Shown here one piece after another: positions 51,201-63,990 of a stretch of DNA of 63,990 bases. Each line of letters starts with the position of its first letter. The stretch's first letter is position 1. The notes below the pieces were generated by a model. The model was not told where the DNA came from, made no database searches, and saw nothing but the letters and a program-made list of their open reading frames with translations. Made by a program: the position numbers and the translations under genes. The DNA is from Paraspadella gotoi (taxonomy: Eukaryota > Animalia > Chaetognatha), in assembly GCA_051294375.1 (NCBI GenBank), contig CM119264.1, forward strand, positions 1,869,298 to 1,933,287, in the 5' to 3' direction.

Positions 51201-52050
51201 GCAGCAGCAGCAACAGCAGCAGCAACTTAGGAAAGATAAAGATCTATAAATTTGTTTAGAACATGGAATTAAATTTTTTCTTAGTTAATAACAGTACACA
51301 AATTAAAAAAATAAAACAAATTAAAAAAATAAAACATATTTTAACTTAAAAAAAGGCATAAGTATTTTTTAATATTAATATAATGAATAAATATTTGAAA
51401 AAAAAAGAATATGACTAGTAATTACTCATCCATTTTAATGAGAAAAGTAAAAAAAATTCATTTCTTGGTGCTTGCTTATCTTCACCAAAAAAATCATAGA
51501 TAAGAAAGCCAGAATACTGGGAAAAACAATATTAGTATAGACAGATTCTGATCAGACAGTACAGACAGTATAAGAAAATTGCATTTAAAAAACTATGCTC
51601 TCGTCGTCGCCACGGTCCTCCAAATAATCGTCATTATCGCCACAGTCATCCAAGTAATCGTCATTGCCGCCACTGTCATTGCACTCACTTTCCAGCAGAC
51701 TCTTTGTTGGTCATCGAAGTTGTCTTCAACGAGAGTCCCTTCACAAAAAAGTGAAAACGAAGAAAGGTCACGTAGAAGAAAAAAGCTAATATTTGTGAAA
51801 AAAGTAGAAAAAAGCTCATATCATCGAAATCATGATAGTGGGCACAGTCATGATCGTCATCCTGGTCATCTTAATCATAGAGAAGGAAGGAATAATTCCT
51901 GTCAGAAAATTGGATTTGAAAATAAAGGCCTTTGTCGAAGAAATCATGATCTTCTTTGCCACAGTCATCGAAATCGTGGTAGTCATTGCAAACTCTCCCC
52001 CTACCCTGTCGAAATCATGATCTTGGCCACAGTCATCGAAGTTTAAAAAA
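48297..52050 (-). pseudogene. Large unrecognised GC-rich, probably spliced gene broken by frameshifts and an insertion
   Basis: Successive minus-strand blocks: acidic DDCGxNDDYL repeats (about 52050-51590), an Ala-rich mini-exon with gtaagt donor (about 51225-51152), a ttctacag acceptor then VQIYPAAPPIEVVDISPP (50824-50140), and KLWDTVATWMKSDEK...WF* (49488-48297). Joining the upstream blocks is inferred. Confidence 0.5.
49489..50134. mobile_element. About 650-bp AT-rich insertion at a TA site
   Basis: Flanked by tagta at 49484-49488 and 50132-50136. The paralogous copy at 56888-56905 (gaatagtatcaggcggg) shows the empty site. The right end reads ta-ctaagcggcgcccaaaattggaacac on the minus strand, Tc1-TIR-like. 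Confidence 0.65.
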
Positions 52051-53421
52051 ATGAATGTAATAATTATGTGGAACTACGTGACGTCAAAGAAAAAGTTTTG
52101 TTCTTGTCACCGATGATCTCGGAACTGGCAGGAAAAAAACAGACAGCAGAGGATTTTTTCGTCGTTCTATCCTCTGTCTGTCTGTTTGTCACATTACAGC
52201 AAATTCGCTCAAACCGCTGGTCGATGTTTTCATAAGAAAGGCGGTCGGCAAACAAAGAATGATGAAAGTAGGAAATATAATTTTAAAGAGTTTAAAAAAA
52301 GTGCTGCCCTTCCTTCCCCCCTTCTTTATCGATGACTAAAGAAGGACCATTCGCAAGTCCTTACCGGAGGATTCGAAATATGAAGAGGGAGAGATTAGAG
52401 TAGGACGATTGGAAGAATGAAGAAGAAATTTAACGAACACATACCCAGAGGAAACTTTTTGTTTTTTAACCTCTTTTTTTTATCTCACCCTCTCTCTCTC
52501 TTTATTTTTTAATTTTATATGAATAATTGAATATATATTAAATTAAGTTTCTATTAATATTATTCCCTTTTCAATTAAAAAGTTTTTTTTTGAATGTGCA
52601 TGGGGTGGGAGAGTGTAGAGAAGAAAAAAAATCCTGGATATAAAAGTTAAGTGTAAAGAATATTAGAATATATTAATAAATATTTTAGTATATTATTTTT
52701 TTTGGCCGAGCCTTCAATGGCTCGACCAAGGGCTTCTTTTTTTGTTACTCGCACGAACAAGGAAAAATATGGAATTGGCGATGTAACCAAAAAAAGAAGC
52801 AGCGGGAAAAAAGTATTTTTTTATTTTAAAAAATTAAATAAATGAATAAATTAAATAATATTATATATTTTAAAGTTAAAGGATGAAAAAAGGGGGTGAA
52901 GATTGCTTTTTTGCTTGTGTAATGCAGTGCATGTATTTTTTTTTTAATAAGAATAAAAGAAGGATCTAATTAATTACAAGAAACTAGATTAAATTATTTT
53001 TTTATAAAATATTAATAAAAAAGAAAAAAGAGAAAATAAATTTTGTACTAAAGTTAATATTAAATGTTTATGTATCTATTATCTGAAGTTGGTTGTAAGA
53101 CGAGAATTAAAGGAGGCCTAGGAGAAGAAAAAGAAGAGTGTTAGAAAAATTTTATTTTATAGTTGTTAAATTTAAAGAAAGAAAGAAGAATAAAACGAAG
53201 TAAAATATACAATAATTTTTTTAATATTAATAAAATACTTATGCCTTTATCTAATGCGAGAATGAGGAGGTGATGGTTTTAATTTTTTTTGTGGTGGGTC
53301 GAGTGCAAGTTTGTCGCCACTCTCATTCTCTTCTTCACTCCTTTTTGTGTGGCACTTCTCCATCTCGTTGCATAAAATTAGAATTGTTTGCGATTGCGAA
53401 TCTTTTTTTAAAAATATTATT

Positions 53422-54112
53422 TTAAAAAGAGTTAGATAAAAAAGTTCCTTGTGTATATATTTTTGAAAAGGCTGCACCCCTTTCGTCGACGATTTTAGGG
53501 GCGGAGCCGTCCCGATGCGATGGAACCGTGTCCATCGGAAATCCCGTAGTAGAGACGATTGCCTCACGGGACCACCATCCAACTGGAGCCGCCACCGCGC
53601 TCATCGCCTGGCCGTCCTCCTCAACCACGATGACCTCTCGGGGCCACACACCCGGAGATAGGCCATTCCGAGCCCACGCGGCCACTCCCATCAGCAACGG
53701 CGGTCGCCCGGGCCGGTATGAGGACGTCCCGGCGGTAGTCCCTCTCGCGACTGAAGAATAAAGAATCAAACATCATTCTTTCTCACTGAAACCAGCTAGA
53801 CTCAGGCAGAGAAACCAGACGAAGTACACCTGCCCAAAGCATCGGATTGTGAATTGAGGAAGGCGCCCCTTAGTTACATACCCAGCGCCCCGATGCCATG
53901 TAAGGTCCGCTCCCTGCTCGAGGAATTTTCCCGCATCGTCCGCCTCCACGAGACGGAGCAACAAGATCATGTTGGGATGGCGCGCTGCGCCTTGAGCGCC
54001 AGCACAAAGATGCCAAAAAGGTGAGACGCTCGGATAGAGACGCCGTCGCCGCCGTAAGACCGCCACGCAGCGTGCGACGCGCAGTTCTCAGGAGTCGGGA
54101 CTGGAAGGCAGT
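53422..54112 (-). pseudogene. Unknown membrane-protein family, paralog C (frameshifted); copy at about 60250-60906
   Basis: Copy 2 reads MPSVPTPEMACTCGAVLAAGVSI...AGAQGAAPSNMILLLRLVEA...VFGQVY, matching the paralog A N-terminus and DHVFGKV. Confidence 0.6.
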
Positions 54113-54591
54113 CGTCTTGATCCTAAAGGACAGACAAGTTTTTTGTAGTTTTGCTTTTTGTTGCCGATTTTGTTTGTTGTGGCAGAGACGGAGAATTGAT
54201 AATAAGCCCAATTATAGAAGTCAAAGTGGACAAATTCGAAATAGGGTAACAAGTAGAGCAAACTTTCAAAACGGAAAGGAGAAGAGACAAGGAAAATAAG
54301 ACTGTTCAAATGAAGTTCATCTTGAAGAGGGCAAAAATTAGATAAAATTGTGTTAATTGGGACTATATGGGGCTTTTTAGGAAGTTAAGGATGAGATTGG
54401 TTTATATTTCGTTGGTTATATATTGGAATCGACTGAGGTTGGTTAGGGAGATTCAGAACTTTCGACTACGTTGTGCTAGGCTGAGTAGAAAGTTACATAC
54501 AAAAATTCTAAAGTCAGGGATTGGTGATGAACAACATACCGATCAGTGAGACATTAATTTGTAAAAAAAATTTAGAATTTATGTTTTTGTT

Positions 54592-55850
54592 TTAATTTGT
54601 GACTGCGGGGTGCCGTACTCCTGACCCCCGGAGGACGCGACAAGGAGTCCGCGAGAAGCGGGGCGTGGGAAGCTCGCCTCGTGCGGTGCGAGCGGCGTTT
54701 CTGGGAGCCCGTGAAGTTCCCCTTAAATTGTCGGAGGCGCTGTAGATCTGGATGAGGGTTTCGGCGTGAGAGCAATAGCCGCTGCCGATGCGGTTGGTGC
54801 CCCGAAAGCGCGCGCGGCCCCATAGCCCCTTCCACCTCGTCCTTTCGTCGTCATCCTTTGTCGTCCTCGGCCGGCGAATGTCTTCGAACCCGGCTCGGCC
54901 AAACTTGGGAGCTGTAAACAAATATTTTTTTCTCTCTTAAATGTGGACGTCCATAACAACTAAACATTAGACTCCATATTATCCGCATTTTAGAACAAAA
55001 GTTAAATTCGAAAGAAGAAAGAAATAAGTGAATTCGAAAATAAATTTGAAATAAACCAAAAAAAATATAGAAAATAACTATGCAAATGTCAGACACATAT
55101 AGTAAATTTCCACAAAAAAAATATAAAAAATGAGAAACAGTAATAATAATTGCCACCTTACTTACACTGGGCGTTGGAGGGTTGACGCCCGTCGCCAGCA
55201 CCGCATGGTGCCGGGTGCGGCAGGTCGCCGACGTAGATCCGGAAGGCGTCGCCGCCCCGACGACTGCCTCGCGGCCCGACGAGGACCTGCTCGCACAGGA
55301 TTAACAATCCGGTAGTAGCGCAGATCTCCGCCGCCCCCGTTCCGTCGAGACCGCCGAGACGGGCCCAGTATAAGTGGAGCCGCCGACGACTCCATGGTGC
55401 TAAAAGAAAGAATTTTTTTTTTGATAAAAAAATTTTCGAACTTAGCAAAATAATAGTGATAATTAACATATCAAATAACAAATAAAACTGATAACAATAA
55501 AAAATTTGAGAAATAAAAGGGGGAAAGAAGAGATAAAGGAAATATCAAAACGATCACACACCTGGAAATCAGGGCCTGCACCATCCGGCACAAGGCCGGT
55601 AGCCAGGGTCGCGGACCGGATAAGGGCCCAGACGCCGCGGGGTAGATAGGCGGGCCCGCGTCGGTTATCCGCCGAGCACTCGGCGTGGATGATCTCCCGA
55701 AGGAGATCAAAGTCTCCAGGAGCGCCCCGAAGACGGCCGGAGGCTCTCCAGGAAGGAGAGAAGCCCGGACGAGGGACACGACGCCGAAAGGCATGGCGCC
55801 GGCGCCGCACGGGCAGCGCCCGTCCCCTGCGATCGAGAGCTACAAGCATG
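54592..55850 (-). CDS. Unrecognised spliced Gly/Ala/Val-rich gene, 3' exons (about 55850-55561, 55399-55166, 54912-54592)
   Basis: GC-rich exons bounded by ccag|gtgtgt, ttcttttag, gtaagt and gtttacag. A consensus of the two copies reads GGSTYTGPVSAVSDGTGAAGDLRYYRIVNPGEQVLVG and an acidic AEDDEDDDDKDEVE. Confidence 0.5.
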
Positions 55851-58800
55851 GCTTCGGTTTCCTTTTTCTCTTCGGTTTGATTGAAAAAAAAATTTGTTGG
55901 CGAGAGGCGAGAGTAAGAGCGGTTGTGAAAAGGTAAAAAGCGATGGAAGACCAAAACGCTTTACCCCCCCCCCCCCAAGACCACCGTAAAAGTATGAATA
56001 ATGCAAGTAATTGAGGAAGAAAAAGCGAAAACTCTTCCCTCAGTCGCCCTTCCCCCTTGCGATCATTCGTAGTTACACCCTTTTGGAGTGGGAAGAGCGG
56101 GACTTGAGAGAAGAAAAAATAGAATNNNNNNNNNNNNNNNNNNNNNNNNNAAGGAGAGCCTAGGAGAAGAAAAAGAAAGTGTTAGAAAAATTTATTTTAT
56201 ATATGTTAAATTTAAAGAAAGAAAGAAAGAAAAAANNNNNNNNNNNNNNNNNNNNNNNNNNNNNNNNNNNNNNNNNNNNNNNNNNNNNNNNNNNNNNNNN
56301 NNNNNNNNNNNNNNNNNNNNNNNNNNNNNNNNNNNNNNNNNNNNNNNNNNNNNNNNNNNNNNNNNNNNNNNNNNNNNNNNNNNNNNNNNNNNNNNNNNNN
56401 NNNNNNNNNNNNNNNNNNNNNNNNNNNNNNNNNNNNNNNNNNNNNNNNNNNNNNNNNNNNNNNNNNNNNNNNNNNNNNNNNNNNNNNNNNNNNNNNNNNN
56501 NNNNNNNNNNNNNNNNNNNNNNNNNNNNNNNNNNNNNNNNNNNNNNNNNNNNNNNNNNNNNNNNNNNNNNNNNNNNNNNNNNNNNNNNNNNNNNNNNNNN
56601 NNNNNNNNNNNNNNNNNNNNNNNNNNNNNNTGAAAAGGCTGCCACCCCTTTCGTCGACGATTTTAGGGGCGGAGCCCGTCTCCCGATGCGATGGAACCTT
56701 CCATCGGAAACTCCCCGTAGTAACCGATCATGCCCCGGGCGGCGTCACCGGCCAACATTTCCTTATCCAGGAGGTAAACCTCCCACTCTCCGTGCATTTT
56801 CTCGCTCTCGAAACCAATGGCAACCGTACCCATAGCCGTCTCGCAAGCTCCGACTTCATAACTCAATCGTCATTGACTTCATCATCCGAATAGTATCAGG
56901 CGGGAACGCCCGATTTTTTTGGCCTTTCTGAGCCTCCTCACACTCCCATGCCCCTTCATAAACCATGGAACATTGGCTAGGCCCCACAGGAACTCCGGAG
57001 GGGTCAAAGCCACGGGCGAAATAGCCGCCCAGGGAAGCCTCCAGCGGAAGGGACCGCCCCCTCATTTTCCCCCCTACTTCCCTCTCGCCTGATCTTTTCC
57101 CCGCCCTCCTCCTCTACCACTTTCGGCTCTGTCTCACTTATTCAGAGACCCTCCAGCTGTAACCCTGTAACGCCCCCAGAACACCTCCAAATCCTCCTCT
57201 AACGTCTCTCTCTGCCATTATCCAGCCACATCCTCGCTCACGCGATTCCTCCTGACCACGGCCCCTTCTTACACACGTCCCCGCTAACCACGCCCCCCCG
57301 AAATGCCCGTCGCCGCGCCTTCCCGATCTGGCAACACGTAAATTAGTGACTGGATCATAACCCTCAACAACACTCTGAACTGGATCATAACGCTCACAAC
57401 ACCCTCGGGCGCCCCGTCTGGACCAGGCGTTGAGATCGAATCCAGAAGTCAAGTCAGGTCGAGGAGAACGCGGTGCCCACGCCACGCCCGCTCACGCCCA
57501 CGCCCGAAGACGGGATGACAACGCCGACTGCCGTTCCGCCACCGTCATCGGGCGGCGAAATGTCGACGACCTCATTGGAGGCGCGGCGGGATAGATCTGA
57601 ACGCCTTGTAGAATTTAGACAAATATGATTAGAACAATGATTAGATAACGAGTTTAGACAATGAATAAACAATGATTTGGGATAATGGATTACAATTACA
57701 CTTACATCAGACAACGATACATTACAATCAGTCACGATTAAGGATTGACATTATCCATGAAAATTTAATAAAAAAAAAACAAAAAAAAAACATTATTTGA
57801 CTTTTTTAAATTTTCTTTACTTTCATCTAAGCCTCGCCCTCGAAAGCTTTTTTTTGATCACTTCTAAAAAAATATAGTGAAATCTTATTAGCTTGACTTT
57901 TAAAGAGAATCTGTGCATATTAGCTAGCGAACTTACTTGATACTTTCTGTTTCGCCGCTGCTTGGCGGCGGCGCCGTCGGTAGCAGCAGCAGCAACAGCA
58001 GCACGCAACTTAGGAAAGATAAAGATCTATAAATTTGTTTAGAACATGGAAAATTAAATTTTTTCTTAGTTAATAACAGTACAACAAACATTAAAAATTA
58101 AAACAAATTAAAAAAAAATAAAACATATTTTTAACTAAAAAAAGCATAAGTATTTTTTAATAATTAATATAATGAATAAATATTTGAAAAAAATAAAAGA
58201 ATATGACTATATTTCATCCAATTTTTAAATGAGAAAAGTAAAAAAAATTCATTTCTTGGTGCTTGCTATCTTCACAAAAAAATCATAGATAAGAAAGCCA
58301 GAAATACTGGGAAAAAACAATATTAGTATAGACAGATTCCTGATCAGACAGTACAGACAAGTATAGAGAGAAATTGCATTTTAAAAAAACTATGCTCTCG
58401 TCGTCCGCCACGTCCTCAAATAATCGTCATTATCGCCACAGTCCATCCAGTAATCGTCTTGCCGCACTGTCATTGCACTCACTTTCCAGCAGACATCTTT
58501 GTTGGTCATCGAAGTTGTCTTCAACGAGAGTCCCTTCACAAAAGTGAAACGAAGAAAGGTCACGTAGAAAGAAAAAAAGCTAATATTTGTGAAAAAAGTA
58601 GAAAAAAGCTTCATATCAATCGAAATCATGATAAGTTGGGCACAGTCAGGATCGTCATCCTGGGTCATCTTAATCATAGAGAAAGGAAGGAATAATTCCT
58701 GTCAGAAAAAATTGGATTTTGAAAATACAAGGCCTTTGTCGAAGAAATCATGATCTTCTTTGCCACAGTCATCGAAATCGTGGTAGTCAATTGCAAATCT

Positions 58801-61300
58801 CCCCCTAACCCTATCGAATCAATGATTTGGCCACAGTCATCGAAGTTTTAAAAAAAATGAATGTAAATAATTTATGTGGAACCGTAACGTGACGTCAAAG
58901 AAAAGTTTTGTTCTGTCAAAGCCCGAAATGATCTCGGAACTGGCAGGAAAAAAACAGAACAGCAGAGGGATTTTTTCGTCGTTCTAATCCTCTGTCTGTC
59001 CCTGTTTTTGTCAACATTACAGCAAATTCCGCTCACGCGCTGGTCGATGTTTCCCATAAGAAAGGCGGTCGGCAAACAAAGAAATGATGAAGTATGGAAA
59101 TATAATTTTAAAGATTTAAAAAAAGTGCTGCCCTTCCTTCCCACCCTTTTTTAATCGATGACTAAAGAAGGACCATTCGCAAGTCCTTAAACCGGAGGAT
59201 TCGAAATATGAAGAGGGAGAGATTAGAGTAGGACGATTGGAAGAATGAAAGAAGAAATTTAACGAACACATACCCAGAGGAAACTTTTTGTTTTTTAACG
59301 CTCTTTTTTTTATCTACCCTCTCTCTCTCTTTATTTTTTAATTTTATATGAATATGAATATATATTAATTAAGTTTCTAATTAATATTATTCCTTTTCAA
59401 TTAAAAAGGTTTTTTTTGAATGTGCATGGGTGGGTAGAGTGTAGAGAAGAAAAAAAATCCTGGATATAAAAGTTAAGTGTAAAGAATATTAGAATATATT
59501 TAATAAATATTTTAGTAATTATTATTTTTTTTGGCAGAGCCTTACAATGGCTCGACCAAGGCTTCTTTTTTTTTTGTTACTCGCACGGAACAAGGAAAAT
59601 AGGAATTGGCCGATGTAACCAAAAAAAGAAGCAGCGGGAAAAAAAGTATTTTTTTATTTTAAAAAATTAAATAAATGAATAAATTAAATAATATTTATAT
59701 TTTAAAGTTAAAGGATGAAAAAGGGGGGTGAAGATTGCTTTTTTGGCTTGTGTAATGGCGTGCATGTATTTTTTTTTTAATAAGAATAAAAGAAGGATCT
59801 AATTAATTACAAGAAACTAGATTAAATTATTTTTATAAAATATTAATAAAAAAGAAAAAAGAGAAAATAAATTTTGTACTAAATTAATATTAAATGTTAT
59901 TATTATTATTGATAGTTGTTGTAAGAAGGAATAAGGAGAGCCTAGGAGAAGAAAAAGAAAGTGTTAGAAAAATTTATTTTATATATGTTAAATTTAAAGA
60001 AAGAAAGAAAGAAAAAAAGTAAAATATAAATAATTTTTTTAATATTAAAAAAAATACTTATGCCTTTATACTAATGGAAAAAAAATGTTTTAATTTTTGT
60101 CGATCGATCGCCATCTCTTTCTTCTTCTTCACTTCCTTTTTGTCGTGCACTTCTCCATCTCGTTGCATAAAATTAGAATTGTTTGCGATTGCGAATCTTT
60201 TTTTAAAAATATTATTTTAAAAAGAGTTAATAAAAAAGTTCCTTGGTTATATTTTTGAAAAGGCTGCACCCCTTTTCGTCGACGATTTTAGGGCGGAGCC
60301 GTCCCCGATGCGATGGAACCTTCCACGGAAACTCCCCGTAGTAGAGACGATTCCTCACGGGACACCATCAACTGGAGCCGCCACCCGCTCATCGCCTGGC
60401 CGTCCTCCTCAACCACGATGACCTCTCCGGGTGCCACAACCCGGAGATAGGCCATCGAGCCCACGCGGCCACTCCCATCAGCAACGGCGGTCGCCGGGCC
60501 GGTATGAGACGTCCCGGCGTAGCCCTCCTCGCGACTGAAAGAATAAAGAATCAAACATTTCATTCCTTTCTCACCTGAAACCATAGACTCAAGNNNNNNN
60601 NNNNNNNNNNNNNNNNNNCAGAGAAACCAGACGATAGTACACCTGCCCAAAGACGGATTGTGAATTGAGGAAGGCGCCCCTTAGTTCATACCAGCGCCCC
60701 CATGCCATGTAAGGCGCTCCCTGGTCGAGAATTTTCCCGAACATCTCCGCCTCCACGAGACGGAGCAACAAGATCATGTTGGATGGCGCTGCGCCTTGAG
60801 CGCCAGCCAAAGATGCCAAAAAGGTGAGGACGCCTCGGATAGAGACGCCCGCCGCCAAGACCGCACCGCAGGTGCACGCCATCTCAGGAGTCGGGACTGA
60901 AGGCATCGTCTTGATCCTAAAACAACAAATTTTTATTTCTTTTTTTCCATTTTTTTTCAAACGAATTAAATAAGCCCAATTATGAGAATCAAAGGGACAA
61001 ATTTCAAATAGAGGGTGAACAAGTAAGAGCAAACTTTCAAAACGAAAGGAGAAGCAAACTAGTTCAAAAATTATAACTTAAGAGGGTCAAAAATTAGAAA
61101 AAGCTATATTTTAAGTTGGAAATTAACTTTTTATATATTAAATATAGTTTTTTTTTAGAATTTTCATATGTAACTTTCACTACGCCTTAGTGCCCACTAA
61201 GGCTTAGTAAAAGTTACATACAAAAATTCTAAAAGTCAATTATGAACAACATACCATCAGTGAACATTAATTTGTAAAAAAAATTAATTTTATGTTTTTT

Positions 61301-62977
61301 TTAATTTTTGACTCGGGGTCGTACTCCTGACCCCCCGGAGAGACCGAGCAAGGAGTCCTCGAGAAGCGGGCGCCTGGAAGCTCCCTCGTGCTGCAGCGGC
61401 GTTTCTGGGAGCCCGAAGTTCCCCGTTAAATTGTCGAGGCGCTTGTAGATCTGAGAGGGTTTGGCGGAGAGCAAAGGGCCGCCGATGCCGTTGGCCCCGA
61501 AACCGCCCGCCATAGCCCCTTCCACCTCGTCCTTGTCGTCGTCATCCTCGTCGTCCTCGGCCGGCGAAATGTCTTCGAACCCGGCTTCGGGCCAAACTTG
61601 GGAGCTGTAAACAAATATTTTTTTCTCTCTTAAATGTTGGACGTCCATAACAACTAAACATTAGACCTCCCAGAATTATCCCGCATTTTAGAACAAAAGT
61701 TAAATTCGAAAGAAAGAAAGAAATAAGTGAATTCGAAAATAAATTTGAAATAAACCAAAAAAAATATAAGAAAATAACTATGCAAATGTCAGACACATAT
61801 AGTAAATTTCCACAAAAAAAAATAATAAAATTGAGAAAACAGTAAATAATAATTGCCACCTTTACTTACACTGGGCGTTGGAGAGGTTGACGCCCGTCGC
61901 CAGCCCGCATGGTGCCGGGTGCGGCAGGTCGCCGACGTAGATCCGGGAAGGCGTCGCCGCCCCGACGACTGCCTCGGCGGCGCCGACGAGGACCTGCTCG
62001 CCAGGATTAACAATCCGGTAGTAGCGCAGATCTCCCGCCGCCCCCGTTCCGTCCGAGACCGCCGAGACGGGCCCAGTATAAGTGGAGCCGCCGACGGACT
62101 CCATGGTGCTAAAAGAAAGAATTTTTTTTTGATAAAAAAATTTTCGAACTTAAGCAAAATAATAGTGATAATTAACATATCAAAATAAACAAATAAAACT
62201 GATTAACAAATAAAAAATTTTGAGAAAAATAAAAGGGGAAAAAAGAAGAGTAAAGGAAATATCAAAACGATCACACACCCTGGAAATCAGGGCCTGCACC
62301 ATCCGGCACAAGGCCCGGGTAGGCCAGGGTCGCGGACCGGATAAGGCCCAAGACGCCGCGGGTAGATAAGGCGGGCCCCGTCGGTTATCCCGGCCGAACA
62401 CTCGGCGTGGATGATCTCCCGAAGGAGATCAAAGTTCTCCAGGAGCGCCCCCGACGGACGGCCGAGGCTCTCCAGGAAGAAGAGAAGCCCGACGAAAGGG
62501 ACACAGCAAACAGCCGAAAGGCATGCGCCGGCGCCGCACGGCGCAGCGGCGTACCCGGCTGCCGATCGAGAGCCTACAAGGCATGGCTTCCGGTTTCCTT
62601 TTCTTCTTCGGTTTGATTTGAAAAAAAAAATTTGTTGGCGAGAGCCGAGAGTAAGAGCGGTTGTGAAAAGGTAAATAAGCGATGGAAGATCCAAAACGAT
62701 TTACCCACCACTCACAGTCAAGTACTCACCAGTTAAAAGTAAATGAAGTAGAATGCATAAGATAATAGTATGAGAAGATAAGCAGAAAAACTCTTACCCT
62801 AATCAGATCCGCCCTACCCGCAGCTTGCGAATCAATACGTAGATTACATACGGCTATTTGGAGTGGATGAGCGGCGAACCTATGATGAAGATGAAAATAA
62901 GATCTCTCGATCTCTTCCATAAAACTAAATCTGTTCCTATGACAACCGATAAACACGATGACTAGAGAAAACGCCAT
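61301..62977 (-). CDS. Second copy of the spliced gene, including a probable first exon (MAFSLVIVFIG...ADLIR|gtaaga)
   Basis: caaATGGCG start near 62977 and a donor near 62797; downstream exons are collinear with 54592-55850; many indels. Confidence 0.45.
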
Positions 62978-63254
62978 TTGAAATTCGTTGCCTCGCGACG
63001 CATAAACATTTAAATAAAAATATACTTTTAATTGATTAACAATAAAAACAAACAATTAACTAGGTGTTGTTTGTTTATTCCAACTATATATCCCTGTTTA
63101 CCCTCTCTCAGGGACGAATAAATGTCTAAAACTTTGTTAAGGCTCTAACTAATAAACTGTTTGTAAATAAACGTCGGCTTAAGCTACTACCAAGCTCCCG
63201 ACAATATCCACTGAAATAAAAAAAACCAATAAACAAATCTTAACGCGTCTAGAA

Positions 63255-63990
63255 TAAAACTTAAACTTTATTTTTTAATGCAACAAATTCTTCCACAAAA
63301 TATCCAACAAAAATTTGTCAGGGACATTCATATTCACTGGAACTTTGTTTCATCTGTTGATACTGTGAGAGAAAATTTCAAGCTTTGTTCTTAATAATTT
63401 TTATAGAAGGGAACATCAATTTGTAAATAACTAATAATCAAGATATGTTAAATGATGATCAAATAAAATTCCTTGTAAAGATCTGGAGTTGGAATGGTTA
63501 ATACCATTCTGGATGAGTACAATTAATTTACTTAAGACTGATGATATTAAGATTGCTTCTAAAAAACGTCTTAAACTCGTATAACCTTGAAAGTAGCAAA
63601 ACAATGTCTAGTTACCCGCAGATTTCACTTTTAAATTTCAGTTTTTCATTTATTGAATTGTAATTCATAATCCAACCGGTCATGTTTTACATTTTTAAAT
63701 GGCAAATAATATCATAATTAAAACTTTAACAATATGGATACTGAGTGATTTGTTTTAAATAAAAAGAGATTGCCAAGCAAATTTGACGCCCCACACTGTT
63801 GCTCTCATCAAAACAAAAAACTTTCCAAGGATCCTCCTTTGATTATTTCCGTCGAATTTAGAGCAAGTTTACAAGCTATTTTCCATCACATAAATTGTTT
63901 ATGAAGGATGATGCAATTTGTAATCAACTAAACAGATGTTCAAGTATTTCAAAATACAACCTTATAAGATCTTTTATAGAGAGAATGATA
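63255..63990 (-). pseudogene. Highly indel-rich PolB fragment module running off the window end
   Basis: aaactttattttttaatgcaacaaattcttccacaaaa and later blocks match 45463-45500, 42090-42540 and 42800-42980. Confidence 0.75.

Larger units (their letters stand above)
50140..56000. repeat. About 5.9-kb unit duplicated in tandem at about 56900-62700
   Basis: Collinear blocks offset by about 6.75 kb, e.g. 51041 vs 57824 and 55381 vs 62090. Confidence 0.9.

Noticed and set aside
56088-56835. Long ORFs spanning N runs
   Set aside because: Artefacts of assembly gaps.

Overview
Eukaryotic (animal-like) genomic scaffold, not a prokaryotic window. It is AT-rich, has GT-AG spliced genes with GC-rich exons, many (CT)n/(TCA)n/(ATTC)n microsatellites, N-gaps and stretches of indel-rich sequence that look like raw long reads. 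Most ORFs in the six-frame track are microsatellite shadows. The left half (1-31 kb) holds four host genes that I reconstructed by hand. (1) An 8-exon acidic single-TM protein with two RVxF (PP1-docking-like) motifs, 4054-9857. (2) A 2-exon XK-related (Xkr) protein of about 885 aa with a long multi-TM extension, 13185-17416 on the minus strand; its intron holds a decayed Tc1 transposon that itself carries a minimal hammerhead ribozyme motif. (3) A 68-aa secreted prepropeptide with a KR-flanked C-X6-C peptide, 20603-20999, enclosed by long inverted repeats. (4) An Ig-TM-TIR (IL-1R-like) receptor, 25295-30916. MITE, SINE and HINE-like repeats are also present. The right half (31.5-64 kb) is a repeated mosaic of dead Maverick/Polinton-type family B DNA polymerase fragments. 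One piece of that polymerase has been amplified into a 79-bp satellite. The fragments are interleaved with several co-oriented (all minus strand), partly spliced, unrecognised genes, including a three-member paralogous membrane-protein family. I saw no integrase, capsid, ATPase or protease. Gene models and family calls rest on hand-read motifs only; no database searches were run.
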